Sequence record: NC_019521.1
Strand: one strand, 5' to 3'
DNA: 64,000 nucleotides
The notes below the pieces were generated by a model. It saw only the letters and a list, made by a program, of their open reading frames with translations. It was not told the origin of the DNA and searched no databases. Shown piece after piece: positions 1 to 9,694 of this stretch. How positions within the stretch are numbered: the first letter of the stretch is position 1; each line of letters begins with the position of its first letter. The position numbers and the translations under genes were made by a program.

Positions 1-32
1 AAAAACAGCATGACGGTGGAATCTATCTGTTC

Positions 33-62
33 AAGAAACTTTAGTCAGTTTCTTAGTAATAT
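33..62 (+). promoter_or_regulatory. Class I promoter in hairpin (AGAAAC-N14-TAGTAATAT)
   Basis: Inverted repeat AAGAAACT(33-40)/AGTTTCTT(47-54). Hexamer 34-39 is one mismatch from TGAAAC. TAGTAATAT at 54-62, upstream of ORF 95. Confidence 0.6.
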
Positions 63-94
63 TCAATTATAAAAACTTAACAAAAACAAATTTA

Positions 95-1825
95 ATGGAG
101 CATGTAGTTATATTGGCTGGTGGTCTTGGTTCTAGACTTCATAAATTTACAGCTAATCTTTATCCTAAGATTTTGATTTCGATGGGTAACGAAACTATGT
201 TAGACAAACTTGTAAATTACTATTCAGTTTACAAGGATTTGAAATCGTTTAACATTGTCGTTTCGACTGAAGAAAATCAAAGACTTATATCTAATTATCT
301 GAATCGATATCATTCTAACGCTTTCGGAAAAAATACAAAAATCGATGTATTACTTTACAAAAAGTTAGATGGTTCTTTCAATACGATTTACAACCTATTC
401 AAGGGTCAGGGATTGAAGAATGTAGTATTCAATTGGTCTGATATCATTCCAACATCACATCTTCAGGTAACAAAATTATTGACTAACGAATTCAAGATAA
501 TTACTGATGTTCAAAAACGTCATAGGATGGGTATCGAATTTAGACAAGGTACAAGAACTTATGAAGTTGTCAAATATTCGAAAGATGATATGAAGGGTAA
601 CATTCCAGGATATTTCTTTATAGGTGATTTCGATAGTATATTCGATCATGTATTCGTTGATAACTTAAGACTATATCATAATCTGTCACCAGAAATAGAT
701 TTGATGGATGCTTTAGAAGCACAAATCGAAAAGAATAGATGTATAGTTTCAACTAATGAAATAGATTTTATCGATATCGGAGATGTTGAAAAATATGAAA
801 AATACATGGAAACGATATCGTTAGAAACTAGATATTTCAATAGTTTAGAAATTACTGAAAATACAGTTCGTAAGAAAGCTTTAAACGAAAAAGGTATGTC
901 AGTAATCGATAATGAATTGAATTGGTATTCTACAGTTGGTAGATTCTTTCCAGATACTAAAAATCGTCCAGCTATTCCAAGAATTTCTAATATTCAAAAG
1001 AATTATGATTATCCTCAAGGTGAACAGAAATTTCATTCTATTGAATTTTCAATGAATCGTATTGACGGTAAAACTGTTGACGAATATCTTTGGAACGATC
1101 CTTTAGAAATGTATAATGTATTACGTTTATTTGATACTGAGATTTCTAAGTTTCATAATATCGAACAATCGAATAAACCTGAAAAACGTTGGAATGAACA
1201 TCATATGCATGAATATTTCAAAGTTACATATCAACGTTTAGATGAAATATTCTTCATGTTACAAGCTGATGTACATCATTTCAAAATCGGTGATAAGATT
1301 CATAGTTTCAAAGGTGATACTATTCATTTACTTGAACATACTATGAAATATCTTTATGACGCTTATTCTAAATCTGAAGCTAATGAATGGGGATTGATTC
1401 ATGGTGACCCAAACACTTCTAACGTAATGATTTCTAATGATGGTACCGAAATGTTCTTTATCGACCCAAGAGGATTATTCGGACATTCTTTGATGTTTGG
1501 TGATATTTATTACGATTGGGCTAAATTCATATATGGACTTCAAGGTTATTCTAGATTCAATTTAGATAAGACTTTCGAATTACATTATGACGAACATAGT
1601 AAAACTATGCAAGTAGATTTCTTCAAATATGGAATCTATGATATCGATACAGTGTTACATACTGTAAAACAGATTAGACCTGATTTAGATATCAAGCGTT
1701 TACGTGTTATCGTTGGTTTGATTCATGTTAAATTAGCACAGTACATAAGAAACAATCCATCAAAAATGTACGCAACTTATTATTACGGTAAATACTTATT
1801 AGAAACAACCTTATCTGAAAAATAA
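95..1825 (+). CDS. Sugar/phospho-nucleotidyltransferase fused to APH/choline-kinase-like domain
   Basis: N-terminal VILAGGLGSRL...PK.L and DIGD (NTP_transferase). C-terminal LIHGDPNTSNV, FFIDPRG and YYDWAKF (kinase-like phosphotransferase motifs). Confidence 0.8.
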   Translation: MEHVVILAGGLGSRLHKFTANLYPKILISMGNETMLDKLVNYYSVYKDLKSFNIVVSTEENQRLISNYLNRYHSNAFGKNTKIDVLLYKKLDGSFNTIYNLFKGQGLKNVVFNWSDIIPTSHLQVTKLLTNEFKIITDVQKRHRMGIEFRQGTRTYEVVKYSKDDMKGNIPGYFFIGDFDSIFDHVFVDNLRLYHNLSPEIDLMDALEAQIEKNRCIVSTNEIDFIDIGDVEKYEKYMETISLETRYFNSLEITENTVRKKALNEKGMSVIDNELNWYSTVGRFFPDTKNRPAIPRISNIQKNYDYPQGEQKFHSIEFSMNRIDGKTVDEYLWNDPLEMYNVLRLFDTEISKFHNIEQSNKPEKRWNEHHMHEYFKVTYQRLDEIFFMLQADVHHFKIGDKIHSFKGDTIHLLEHTMKYLYDAYSKSEANEWGLIHGDPNTSNVMISNDGTEMFFIDPRGLFGHSLMFGDIYYDWAKFIYGLQGYSRFNLDKTFELHYDEHSKTMQVDFFKYGIYDIDTVLHTVKQIRPDLDIKRLRVIVGLIHVKLAQYIRNNPSKMYATYYYGKYLLETTLSEK

Positions 1826-2814
1826 TGAAATTTAAAGGAACTGACCAAAAAACTTCAAGACTGATATTCACCGACTTCGATGGTATCTTCAGTCATGATA
1901 TGCAATACTCATATATTGACAGAACTAGTAACGGTCCTGAGAAAAATGCAAAAACTGTAGCATTCGGTATTCGTGATGTTGTTAAGATTCTGAATTACGC
2001 TGGTTTCGAAATTCATATTGTTTCGGGTGATTCTACAGAAAAAGGTCAAGCTTTAACTAAGAAGTTTTTACATAACATTCATGTGGAATCTGTAAACTTT
2101 GTACCAACCGATCAAAAACTTGATAGAATTCTTGAACTAGCTAATGGTAGGGATTTCATCTGGATCGGTGAGGACTTGATTGACTTACAAATCAAGGAAT
2201 TCGCCATGAATTACATAACTACCGATAACGCTCCAAACATGTTGAAGGAATTAGCTGATGCTAACTTTAGACAAGATTATTTTTGGCACGATTTGTTATC
2301 ATATTTAATGAAAACTAAAATCTTCAATGTTGTTGACGAAGATACACATTGTCTGATAAAATACGCTTTACAGAAATACATCAAACCAGATTTCTTCAAG
2401 TTAGTAAGTTACGGATTGATTGATAAAAACTATCTAATCGAATCCTTAGAAACATATCGAGGTGTTGAAGAACTTAACGAAATCAAAGTTAACGATATTG
2501 AAGACTTCATGGATAAGATAAAAACTACAGAAGTTCTAAAAACTGTACCAGTCTTTGGTAAACTCGATTTGATTTCATCTATGAAAGTTTTAGTCAATAA
2601 CATTTGTAAACATGAACTTAAGTTTGTATATACTAAGAACGTTCATTTGTTTTCAGACACTGTAAATATCGGTGACATATTCGAAGTTCTTTCATCATTA
2701 AGATTTACAGAATCTTCTAACAGTTTCCACGATTACTATATCTACGGATTTACAAAAATCGTAGAAGGTAAGATTGAAAACATGTTAAACGAGAAGTTAG
2801 GAGCTAAATTCTAG
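1825..2814 (+). CDS. HAD-family phosphatase, KdsC/YrbI-like N-terminal domain plus unknown C-terminal half
   Basis: LIFTDFDGIFS (DxD motif I), VSGD (motif II), IGEDLIDL (motif IV). TAATG-coupled to the upstream gene. Confidence 0.7.
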   Translation: MKFKGTDQKTSRLIFTDFDGIFSHDMQYSYIDRTSNGPEKNAKTVAFGIRDVVKILNYAGFEIHIVSGDSTEKGQALTKKFLHNIHVESVNFVPTDQKLDRILELANGRDFIWIGEDLIDLQIKEFAMNYITTDNAPNMLKELADANFRQDYFWHDLLSYLMKTKIFNVVDEDTHCLIKYALQKYIKPDFFKLVSYGLIDKNYLIESLETYRGVEELNEIKVNDIEDFMDKIKTTEVLKTVPVFGKLDLISSMKVLVNNICKHELKFVYTKNVHLFSDTVNIGDIFEVLSSLRFTESSNSFHDYYIYGFTKIVEGKIENMLNEKLGAKF

Positions 2815-2839
2815 GAAACTATTATTACAGTGTAGGTAT

Positions 2840-2847
2840 TATACATA
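2840..2847 (+). promoter_or_regulatory. Putative late promoter TATACATA
   Basis: Intergenic match upstream of ORF 2916. Overlaps a weak class I match GGAAAC(2814)-N17-TATTAT. Confidence 0.55.
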
Positions 2848-2864
2848 TCTACTAATAATTAATT

Positions 2865-2890
2865 AGGGAGACATTTGATCTTGTCTCCCT
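2865..2890 (+). terminator. Hairpin in leader of glucosaminidase gene (terminator or translational element)
   Basis: AGGGAGACA-TTTGATCT-TGTCTCCCT, perfect 9-bp stem, no clear U-tract. Confidence 0.45.
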
Positions 2891-2915
2891 TCATGGTTTC
2901 ACTAAAATAAAAATA

Positions 2916-3551
2916 ATGTTTAGTTCAAAAAATGAAAAATCAGATCAGAAACACCCAATCTTAAAATTAATCGAATCTATAAAGAAATTCTTTGATTTCG
3001 ATACAGTACTGTCAATTATTATAATGGTATTCATACTATGGTTACTATTAGCTTCTAAAGGTTCAGCAAAGGCTGAAATGCTGTCAACAGATTCTGATAT
3101 TGTTGACGTAAATCTCCCAGAAAAATTCAATGAAAAATCTACTTCAAGTAAAATCAAGAACAAAGAGGATTTGTATGTTTACATGAAGAAAGCTGGAATT
3201 AAGTTTCCTGAGCTTGTATGGTCTCAAGCTATGATGGAATCTGCTTGGATGAATTCAGCAGTTTTTAATCGTTCTAATAATCTTTTTGGAATGAAGAAAT
3301 CTGGAAAACGTGACCATTTACAAATACATAAACGTAACGATTCTTATTCACATTTCGAAACAATCAAGAAGTGTGTATTAGATTACAAGTTACATCAAGA
3401 ACAAGTTCTTAAAATCGAAAACATTAAAAACGAATCTCAATATATGAGAAGGTTAATCAAAACTGGTTATTGTCCTGATGAAGGATATGCTAGAAAGATA
3501 TTAGCTATTCGTAAGAATACAGATTTTAACGAATTGAAAAAATCTAGTTAG
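2916..3551 (+). CDS. Glucosaminidase-family (GH73/FlgJ-like) peptidoglycan hydrolase with N-terminal TM
   Basis: QAMMESAW (catalytic Glu), SNNLFGMK, GYCPDEGYARK. Hydrophobic segment at about aa 30-48. Confidence 0.8.
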   Translation: MFSSKNEKSDQKHPILKLIESIKKFFDFDTVLSIIIMVFILWLLLASKGSAKAEMLSTDSDIVDVNLPEKFNEKSTSSKIKNKEDLYVYMKKAGIKFPELVWSQAMMESAWMNSAVFNRSNNLFGMKKSGKRDHLQIHKRNDSYSHFETIKKCVLDYKLHQEQVLKIENIKNESQYMRRLIKTGYCPDEGYARKILAIRKNTDFNELKKSS

Positions 3552-3552
3552 T

Positions 3553-3560
3553 AATACATA
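3553..3560 (+). promoter_or_regulatory. Putative late promoter AATACATA
   Basis: Intergenic variant upstream of ORF 3583. Confidence 0.4.
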
Positions 3561-3582
3561 TTCAAATAAAAAATATACTATC

Positions 3583-3912
3583 ATGACCGAACAAGAAATT
3601 AATATTCGTATAGCTGAAGATAACAAGGTTATCAAACTTCAGGAAGAAACTGTAGAAACTCCAATCGTAAAGTATTACGAAGTTGTTAAAACTTCATGTA
3701 GTTCTGAGATTCTATTTTATGGTAATAATCCAAAACTTAAAGAAGGTGATTTATTCGAATGTTCGAATTCTTTACAATCTAACGTGTTAGGTGTAAGTAA
3801 ATGGTTACTACCGAATCATCTTGAATTTTCTGGATTGAATTCTATAGCTTTAGAATGCTGTCAAGAATTGACAGAAATGGAATACAAACAAAAATTAGCA
3901 AGACGTGATTAA
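3583..3912 (+). CDS. Hypothetical protein
   Basis: 109-aa ORF in packed + strand run. Confidence 0.7.
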   Translation: MTEQEINIRIAEDNKVIKLQEETVETPIVKYYEVVKTSCSSEILFYGNNPKLKEGDLFECSNSLQSNVLGVSKWLLPNHLEFSGLNSIALECCQELTEMEYKQKLARRD

Positions 3913-4189
3913 ATCTTTTGAAGAACGTAAATCAGAATTTCTTCGAAATTTCAAAGATTTTAGATTACCTAATGAAGCTAATTACGATACTAAGATTCGA
4001 TATGTTGTAGCTTACGAATTTCTAAACAACATTATGATAAACCGTAATGTTAGTTTCGATGGTAATGTATTCAAACTATCTAACGGTATGATAGTAAACA
4101 AAATAATAGCATTACGAAGGGCTAAACCTTACGAACCTAAGAACGCTTTTCATATTACTAACGAAATTCTAAAATCTGGAAAACTATAA
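3905..4189 (+). CDS. Hypothetical protein
   Basis: 94-aa ORF, GTG start overlapping the previous stop. Confidence 0.6.
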   Translation: MIKSFEERKSEFLRNFKDFRLPNEANYDTKIRYVVAYEFLNNIMINRNVSFDGNVFKLSNGMIVNKIIALRRAKPYEPKNAFHITNEILKSGKL

Positions 4190-4566
4190 TGAAAACTTTA
4201 ACAAAACTTTTTGAAAGTTCTATATATGTTGTTTCTTCAAAAGAAGCTTCTGAACAATATACCATGATTTCCGGTAACGAGTATGGTACGAAAAAGGGTA
4301 TTGATATTTACGTAAATGACGTTTTAGTATGTAAGACTAGAAAATATAAGATGTACATAGCTAAAGGCTACAGTCAAGTACTTAAAACTGTATCAGATAC
4401 TGATTATGATCATAATAATTTAGCTAAAGCTTTGAACTCAGACGTCAATGTTGTACAAAAATACTTCAGGTCTGATTTTCATAATACTAGAGTATGGAAT
4501 CCTGGTACTTATACAACAGTTAAAAATTTCAAAGAAAAGCTAGAATTCTTTTTAAAGCATAATTAG
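4189..4566 (+). CDS. Hypothetical protein, possible internal head protein
   Basis: N-terminus MKTLTKLFES matches that of the 19866 ORF and resembles T4 internal-protein capsid-targeting sequences. Confidence 0.6.
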   Translation: MKTLTKLFESSIYVVSSKEASEQYTMISGNEYGTKKGIDIYVNDVLVCKTRKYKMYIAKGYSQVLKTVSDTDYDHNNLAKALNSDVNVVQKYFRSDFHNTRVWNPGTYTTVKNFKEKLEFFLKHN

Positions 4567-4570
4567 TAAA

Positions 4571-4616
4571 ACGAAACCCTCGGAAACTGAAACTTTCGAG
4601 GGTTTCGTAGTAATAT
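4571..4616 (+). promoter_or_regulatory. Hairpin-embedded class I promoter, family A copy 1
   Basis: ACGAAACCCTCGGAA-ACTGAAAC-TTTCGAGGGTTTCGT then AGTAATAT. TGAAAC 4588-4593, TAGTAATAT 4608-4616. Confidence 0.85.
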
Positions 4617-4644
4617 ACATTTATAACTTTATAATTTATCAACT

Positions 4645-5130
4645 ATGGGACTATCTACAAAGGTTATCATTAACCCAAAGACCAAACTATCTGAAATCAT
4701 TACATTTCTGGAAACTAAATTCAAAACTAAGGTAGAATTACGTGAAGCTGCTTCAGGTATGTTCAGCTTAATGTTTACTATAAACTTAGACAAATCCGGA
4801 ACAAAAGAACAAAGAGTTTTATACGTTTTCATGGATCGGACAACATGTCGATATGATTTCGAAATCGATGGAATTCTTATAAGTTTCAATTGCTGGGGGA
4901 TGTTTAAATCTATAGCAGATTCACTATGTAACGAATTTGGTGGAATGGTTGACTATAACGATTGTGACGATGAAGGATTCATAACTATCTGTCCTGAAAA
5001 ATTCTTTAATTCTGAAGCTCCAGAAAACAAAGAACTTGATTCTGTATTACATGAAATCATATTAGCTTTCGGTAATGACAAAGTTAATAAGTTCATAGAA
5101 TTATCTAACAAATATCAAAACGTAAAGTAA
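4645..5130 (+). CDS. Hypothetical phage protein
   Basis: 161-aa ORF after family A element, leader TCAACTATG. Confidence 0.75.
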   Translation: MGLSTKVIINPKTKLSEIITFLETKFKTKVELREAASGMFSLMFTINLDKSGTKEQRVLYVFMDRTTCRYDFEIDGILISFNCWGMFKSIADSLCNEFGGMVDYNDCDDEGFITICPEKFFNSEAPENKELDSVLHEIILAFGNDKVNKFIELSNKYQNVK

Positions 5131-5651
5131 TGAAATACGAAATGAAAACTTGGAAGTTATCTACAGAAATTGAAACTTCTAATTTATTCAAAGCTATTAG
5201 AACATTAGCTGATAGATACATGTCAGCTTCAAGATTCGACGCTCCAGGAAATTCAATAATCGAAGGTTTGACTGGTACAGAATTAACTGGAAAACAAGCT
5301 AAATATATGTTCCTGTTCAAAGAACTTGAACTATTCGGTAAGAAACAAATGGTGAACTATATGTCTTTATCTTCTCAACCGTTTTCAAGAAATCATTATT
5401 GGAAAGAAGAACCTGAAGATAAAATTCCAGCAATGGATGGAATTCTTAGATGTGAAATAAAGGATTATGGTAACGAATTACCTGACAAATCTTATCCTAC
5501 TTTAATGTATTTCGAAATTGATGATAAATTCAAATGTATCAAAGTCGAAGCTTACAGTAAAGATGGTAAAGTAATTGGTACTATGACGAATCCAACACAG
5601 AAACGTTTCGAGAAAACATTCGAACATGCTTTAGAACATTTTAAATCTTAA
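5130..5651 (+). CDS. Hypothetical protein
   Basis: 173-aa ORF, TAATG coupling. Confidence 0.75.
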   Translation: MKYEMKTWKLSTEIETSNLFKAIRTLADRYMSASRFDAPGNSIIEGLTGTELTGKQAKYMFLFKELELFGKKQMVNYMSLSSQPFSRNHYWKEEPEDKIPAMDGILRCEIKDYGNELPDKSYPTLMYFEIDDKFKCIKVEAYSKDGKVIGTMTNPTQKRFEKTFEHALEHFKS

Positions 5652-5655
5652 CATC

Positions 5656-6267
5656 ATGAATTTCCATAATCCACTATCGTTTACATTCAGATGTAAGAAA
5701 ACAAACTCTACGTCTGATATAGCTATTCAAGACATTGATATCGCATACAGTTTTCTAAAGATGTTAGATAACATCGAAATGACACCTGATGATATTTACA
5801 AAGTCTATAAATATCTTGAGAAGGCGTTTCCAGATCATTCATTAAAGGATAAGATATTCTGGGAGGATTTCGATATGTTAGTTTCTGTTACTAGAATGTA
5901 TGATGTATCGATTTTACAAATAGAACCTATTCAGTTATCGAGATTCAATAGTTCATTTAACGTACAGAACTTTAGACATGAAATATGTGTCAGAACATTA
6001 GCGATATTAACAGATTCTTATGACTGTGAGAAAATAGTCAACATTCTTAATGATAGTATCTTTTCATTCTTTACAAAATATTTAGATGTTTCGATCGAAA
6101 CTGAAAGAAGTATTTCGTATCTAGTGAGCAATGTTGAGAATAACGAAACTATAGTTCTAAAGAATCTTGACGAAACAGATGAAATCCATTTCAAGTATTC
6201 GACTATCGAAGAAGTAAAAACAATCAAACGTAAACTATACATCTATAAAAATGACAGTAATTCCTAA
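5656..6267 (+). CDS. Hypothetical protein
   Basis: 203-aa ORF. Confidence 0.75.
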   Translation: MNFHNPLSFTFRCKKTNSTSDIAIQDIDIAYSFLKMLDNIEMTPDDIYKVYKYLEKAFPDHSLKDKIFWEDFDMLVSVTRMYDVSILQIEPIQLSRFNSSFNVQNFRHEICVRTLAILTDSYDCEKIVNILNDSIFSFFTKYLDVSIETERSISYLVSNVENNETIVLKNLDETDEIHFKYSTIEEVKTIKRKLYIYKNDSNS

Positions 6268-6658
6268 TCAATCGAATTTAGTAGATTCTAATATCCAATC
6301 CGAACTTCAAGTTAAACAAGAAAAACCTTCGAAGTTATTGTTAGTAGATTGTATCAAACCTCATAACAATCATTCAGTATTCGAAATTAACTTGTCTGAA
6401 CAAACTATTCAAGTAGCTTCATTCGTTTCTAAAGATACTATCACTTGGTGGGAAGCTTTAGATGGTTCTTACAAGAATCTTGAGATTATCCGTAAACCTA
6501 ATTGCGTTTATCATACAGCTTTGAATGTTGAAAATTTGGCAAAAAGAGTCAAAAGGGATTACGACTACGATTTATCAGGATTCGAATACATTGCTGACAA
6601 TTCAAATGGTGGTAGTAACCTGAAAGTTAATGTTAATGATTTAGTAAGTTCAGTTTAA
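6251..6658 (+). CDS. Hypothetical protein
   Basis: 135-aa ORF overlapping the previous gene. Confidence 0.7.
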   Translation: MTVIPNQSNLVDSNIQSELQVKQEKPSKLLLVDCIKPHNNHSVFEINLSEQTIQVASFVSKDTITWWEALDGSYKNLEIIRKPNCVYHTALNVENLAKRVKRDYDYDLSGFEYIADNSNGGSNLKVNVNDLVSSV

Positions 6659-6670
6659 AGCATTATATCA

Positions 6671-7057
6671 ATGTCATACGAAAGATTGAACAAAATTATA
6701 GAACTTGAATCTGATGGATTCAGATATAAGTTAATGCAATTACGTTGGAATACTTTCATGAGTTCGAATCCACCTGAAAAGTTTCATCCAGAAAACGTAT
6801 TACTGGATGACAATGAAACGATAATGATTCTATCTGTTTATAGCTTACCATTCACTTTAGAAATCTCTAATGTTGATTTACATGCTAACAGATTAGTTTT
6901 CGAAAATTCTGGAAACAATAAAAGTAAAATGGCTAAACGTAACAGTATTTACGAGCAAGATTATCGAATCTTTGGTTGTGAACCTGAAATGAAAAAGATT
7001 TCATATCATCCTAGCATCTGTTATAAGATTTTAGAAAAAGTTCAAATTAATACATAA
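6671..7057 (+). CDS. Hypothetical protein
   Basis: 128-aa ORF. Confidence 0.7.
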   Translation: MSYERLNKIIELESDGFRYKLMQLRWNTFMSSNPPEKFHPENVLLDDNETIMILSVYSLPFTLEISNVDLHANRLVFENSGNNKSKMAKRNSIYEQDYRIFGCEPEMKKISYHPSICYKILEKVQINT

Positions 7058-7092
7058 TTCATGGTACCATATATCTTCACTTTCATGTGTCA

Positions 7093-7120
7093 AGAACAGT
7101 AATAGTTCAATTGCTGTTCT
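7093..7120 (+). promoter_or_regulatory. Intergenic hairpin just upstream of ORF 7134
   Basis: AGAACAGTAAT-AGTTCA-ATTGCTGTTCT, 11-bp stem with one G-U pair. Confidence 0.4.
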
Positions 7121-7133
7121 ATGACTTATTATC

Positions 7134-7382
7134 ATGAAAGAAAATAGAACAATCGCTTATCGTAGACATAAAGCTTCTACGAAACTAAACAGAAAAATCA
7201 AACTAACTTATGACATAGATTTAATACATGAAGAAATGTCATATTCTGATTACAGTAAATCAGTATTATCAGGTAAGTTACATACTTGGATGCGTTCAAT
7301 GAACACTGCATGCTCCTGTTACATGTGTTCAGGATATTACAAGTATAAACGTATCAAGTTTGATTTCGATTCAGAAATGTAA
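7134..7382 (+). CDS. Small basic protein with CSCYMC motif (putative Zn-binding)
   Basis: 82 aa, Arg/Lys-rich N-terminus, CxCxxC. Confidence 0.7.
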   Translation: MKENRTIAYRRHKASTKLNRKIKLTYDIDLIHEEMSYSDYSKSVLSGKLHTWMRSMNTACSCYMCSGYYKYKRIKFDFDSEM

Positions 7383-7384
7383 AA

Positions 7385-7428
7385 GAAACCCTCAGAAACT
7401 GAAACTTCTGAGGGTTTCGTAGTATAAT
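7385..7428 (+). promoter_or_regulatory. Hairpin-embedded class I promoter, family A copy 2
   Basis: GAAACCCTCAGAA-ACTGAAAC-TTCTGAGGGTTTC. TGAAAC 7400-7405, TAGTATAAT 7420-7428. Confidence 0.88.
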
Positions 7429-7457
7429 AATCAATATAATCTATAAACTATATTCGT

Positions 7458-8009
7458 ATGTCAACTATTATCAATACTAAAGAGCTTAGAACTCGTATCG
7501 AAAGCAATCAAACTAAGTATCAAGATGTGAGATACATTCACAATCTTCTAGAATCTAAGGTTCTTGAAGAAGAGAACTTACGATACTTGCTACAATTACC
7601 ATTATCGAATTTACGATCTGAATCTACAGAACATTTGAATTTCGTTTCAGAAACTCTTAACAATTTAGGATATCACGTAAAAACTGACAGTAATCATATA
7701 TATGTTAAGTATGCTGATAGAGTTATGGATTCTATATTCAAATCTAAATCTTTATATTTTCTATATTCGATTTCAGCTGATAGACTTTCCATCAAGTACA
7801 ATAATGTTCAGAAAGCTAAGGAACTTTATCATAGACTAATGAAGGTTATGGAAATCGAATTGTTCTTTAATGGTAGTCAATACGATCAAATTTTAGACAA
7901 TGATCTCGTTCTTAAAGAATTAATCGTTTTGTTACAAATAAATGGTTTCAGAACTGAGAAAACTGTTATATCTGACAAGAAAGCTAACCTTAAAATTTCT
8001 TTAATATGA
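7458..8009 (+). CDS. Hypothetical protein
   Basis: 183-aa ORF. Confidence 0.75.
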   Translation: MSTIINTKELRTRIESNQTKYQDVRYIHNLLESKVLEEENLRYLLQLPLSNLRSESTEHLNFVSETLNNLGYHVKTDSNHIYVKYADRVMDSIFKSKSLYFLYSISADRLSIKYNNVQKAKELYHRLMKVMEIELFFNGSQYDQILDNDLVLKELIVLLQINGFRTEKTVISDKKANLKISLI

Positions 8010-8482
8010 AAAGTGTAAACTGGTACGATTTCGGTGCAATGGAAGTTAATCCTCCAGCTAATCGTAGAACTGAACATGGATTTAGATCATATGATTTTCG
8101 AGCACCTAAACGAAACGATAAGAAAAACTGGAAAAAGTTCTTATTATGGTTTCTAACATTTCGAGAGGAAAACGTCGTACGTTTCAAAGACGTAATGAAA
8201 CTTTATGGTGTAACTTTGGAAAATGTTGAACGTGAACGTAAGTCCTCTTACAACAGAATTAAACGTAATAACGTTGAAGCAAGGAGATTAAACAAAAGGA
8301 TTAGAACCCCCGAAACTGCTGCGAAACTTGACATAGAATTTCAATACCATTCTTATCGCTTAGACTGGATGAAAGAAAATCCAAAGAAAAATGATAAAGC
8401 GATCAAAAAATTGAAAACTAAATGTGAACGATTAAATTCACCTTCTAGAAGGAAACGAATTCAGAAAATCCTAGAATCATGA
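8006..8482 (+). CDS. Hypothetical basic protein
   Basis: 158-aa Arg/Lys-rich ORF, ATGA overlap. Confidence 0.75.
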   Translation: MKSVNWYDFGAMEVNPPANRRTEHGFRSYDFRAPKRNDKKNWKKFLLWFLTFREENVVRFKDVMKLYGVTLENVERERKSSYNRIKRNNVEARRLNKRIRTPETAAKLDIEFQYHSYRLDWMKENPKKNDKAIKKLKTKCERLNSPSRRKRIQKILES

Positions 8483-8895
8483 TAATAACAGTATTCATAA
8501 TATTAGCAGTAATGATTACTGCAGTATCTTTCATAACTATTAATGAAGAACCATCGAAAGTTAACAAACATGGACTGAAATATAAACTTGAAGAATTTGC
8601 TTCTACAAGTTACAATCTAGCATTTTGGGACGAATCTAAGAAAAAGTTAATTTGGATATTATACGTTGGTATCGATGTAGATAATTTCAATAGAAATCTT
8701 GTAACATATCCTCCGAAACTTGATAGAGCTTTCTTCGAAATGGGTAGAAAAATCGATTATGCGATTGACAAATTCGAAACTATCGAACAAGTTTACGAAT
8801 ATAACAAAGTTAGAGAATCAGAAGCTATAAGAGCTAATGAAAGATACGAAAATAGGGTAAAACAATTCGAGGAACAAAGATCAAAATATGAATAA
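8479..8895 (+). CDS. Hypothetical membrane-anchored protein
   Basis: N-terminal hydrophobic helix (MIITVFIILAVMITAVSFITI), ATGA overlap. Confidence 0.7.
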   Translation: MIITVFIILAVMITAVSFITINEEPSKVNKHGLKYKLEEFASTSYNLAFWDESKKKLIWILYVGIDVDNFNRNLVTYPPKLDRAFFEMGRKIDYAIDKFETIEQVYEYNKVRESEAIRANERYENRVKQFEEQRSKYE

Positions 8896-8928
8896 TTCTA
8901 TACATTCGTTATAATAAACTAAAGAAAC

Positions 8929-9543
8929 ATGAAAAATATTAAAAACGCTGACATACTAACTGACTACATATTACGTACATTCAAAGAATTAGATAACATT
9001 AGATTTACTTCTAACTATATCAAGGGTTCGATGACTAAACGTACTTTATGTGACACTGTTCAAGTAAATGACAATCTTGAAATATTTACAGCTTTATCTG
9101 GAAAACGTTTGTCACATGTGACAAAACTTGGATTAGTTTTCAAGGATGTGAATACTATTGTAAAAATCGACATTAACGAAATCAATTCAGAAAATCTTTC
9201 ATTCGTTATAGCACATCTTAGTAATAGAACTGTTAGTAAACTAATGAAAGTCATAACTAATACTAAGATGACAGAATCTACGAAATGTCGTGAAATTTCG
9301 AACCATTTCGTAAAGAAATACAAATTACATTTAGTAGATTCTGATGGTCATTTATGTTGGATTAAATGTTTGCATTCGAATACATATCTTAATAACTATC
9401 ATTCGAAATGTCATAGTAATGACAACGTTCTTGAAAAACTAAGGAAGGAAAGAACTAGTCTAATTCTAGAACTTGATATTGTCAATGCTAAAATAGAAAT
9501 GATAGAAAACAAAAATGCAATTTTAGAAAAACTAAATACTTAA
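8929..9543 (+). CDS. Hypothetical protein
   Basis: 204-aa ORF with C-terminal coiled coil. Confidence 0.7.
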   Translation: MKNIKNADILTDYILRTFKELDNIRFTSNYIKGSMTKRTLCDTVQVNDNLEIFTALSGKRLSHVTKLGLVFKDVNTIVKIDINEINSENLSFVIAHLSNRTVSKLMKVITNTKMTESTKCREISNHFVKKYKLHLVDSDGHLCWIKCLHSNTYLNNYHSKCHSNDNVLEKLRKERTSLILELDIVNAKIEMIENKNAILEKLNT

Positions 9544-9547
9544 AATT

Positions 9548-9694
9548 ATGCAATCGATCCTATATCTACCAATGACAATTTTATTCTTCACAGCTTTATC
9601 ATTCTTCACGATTTGGGGATCGTACAAGATTGGTAAATTAATCTTTCAATTATGCTCAGAAAAACTTCGAAATCTCAGAAACGTAAGTCTTTAA
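9548..9694 (+). CDS. Putative small membrane protein (48 aa, not in ORF track)
   Basis: Hand-translated MQSILYLPMTILFFTALSFFTIWGSYKIGKLIFQLCSEKLRNLRNVSL. Fills the gap after the 9543 stop. Confidence 0.45.
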   Translation: MQSILYLPMTILFFTALSFFTIWGSYKIGKLIFQLCSEKLRNLRNVSL

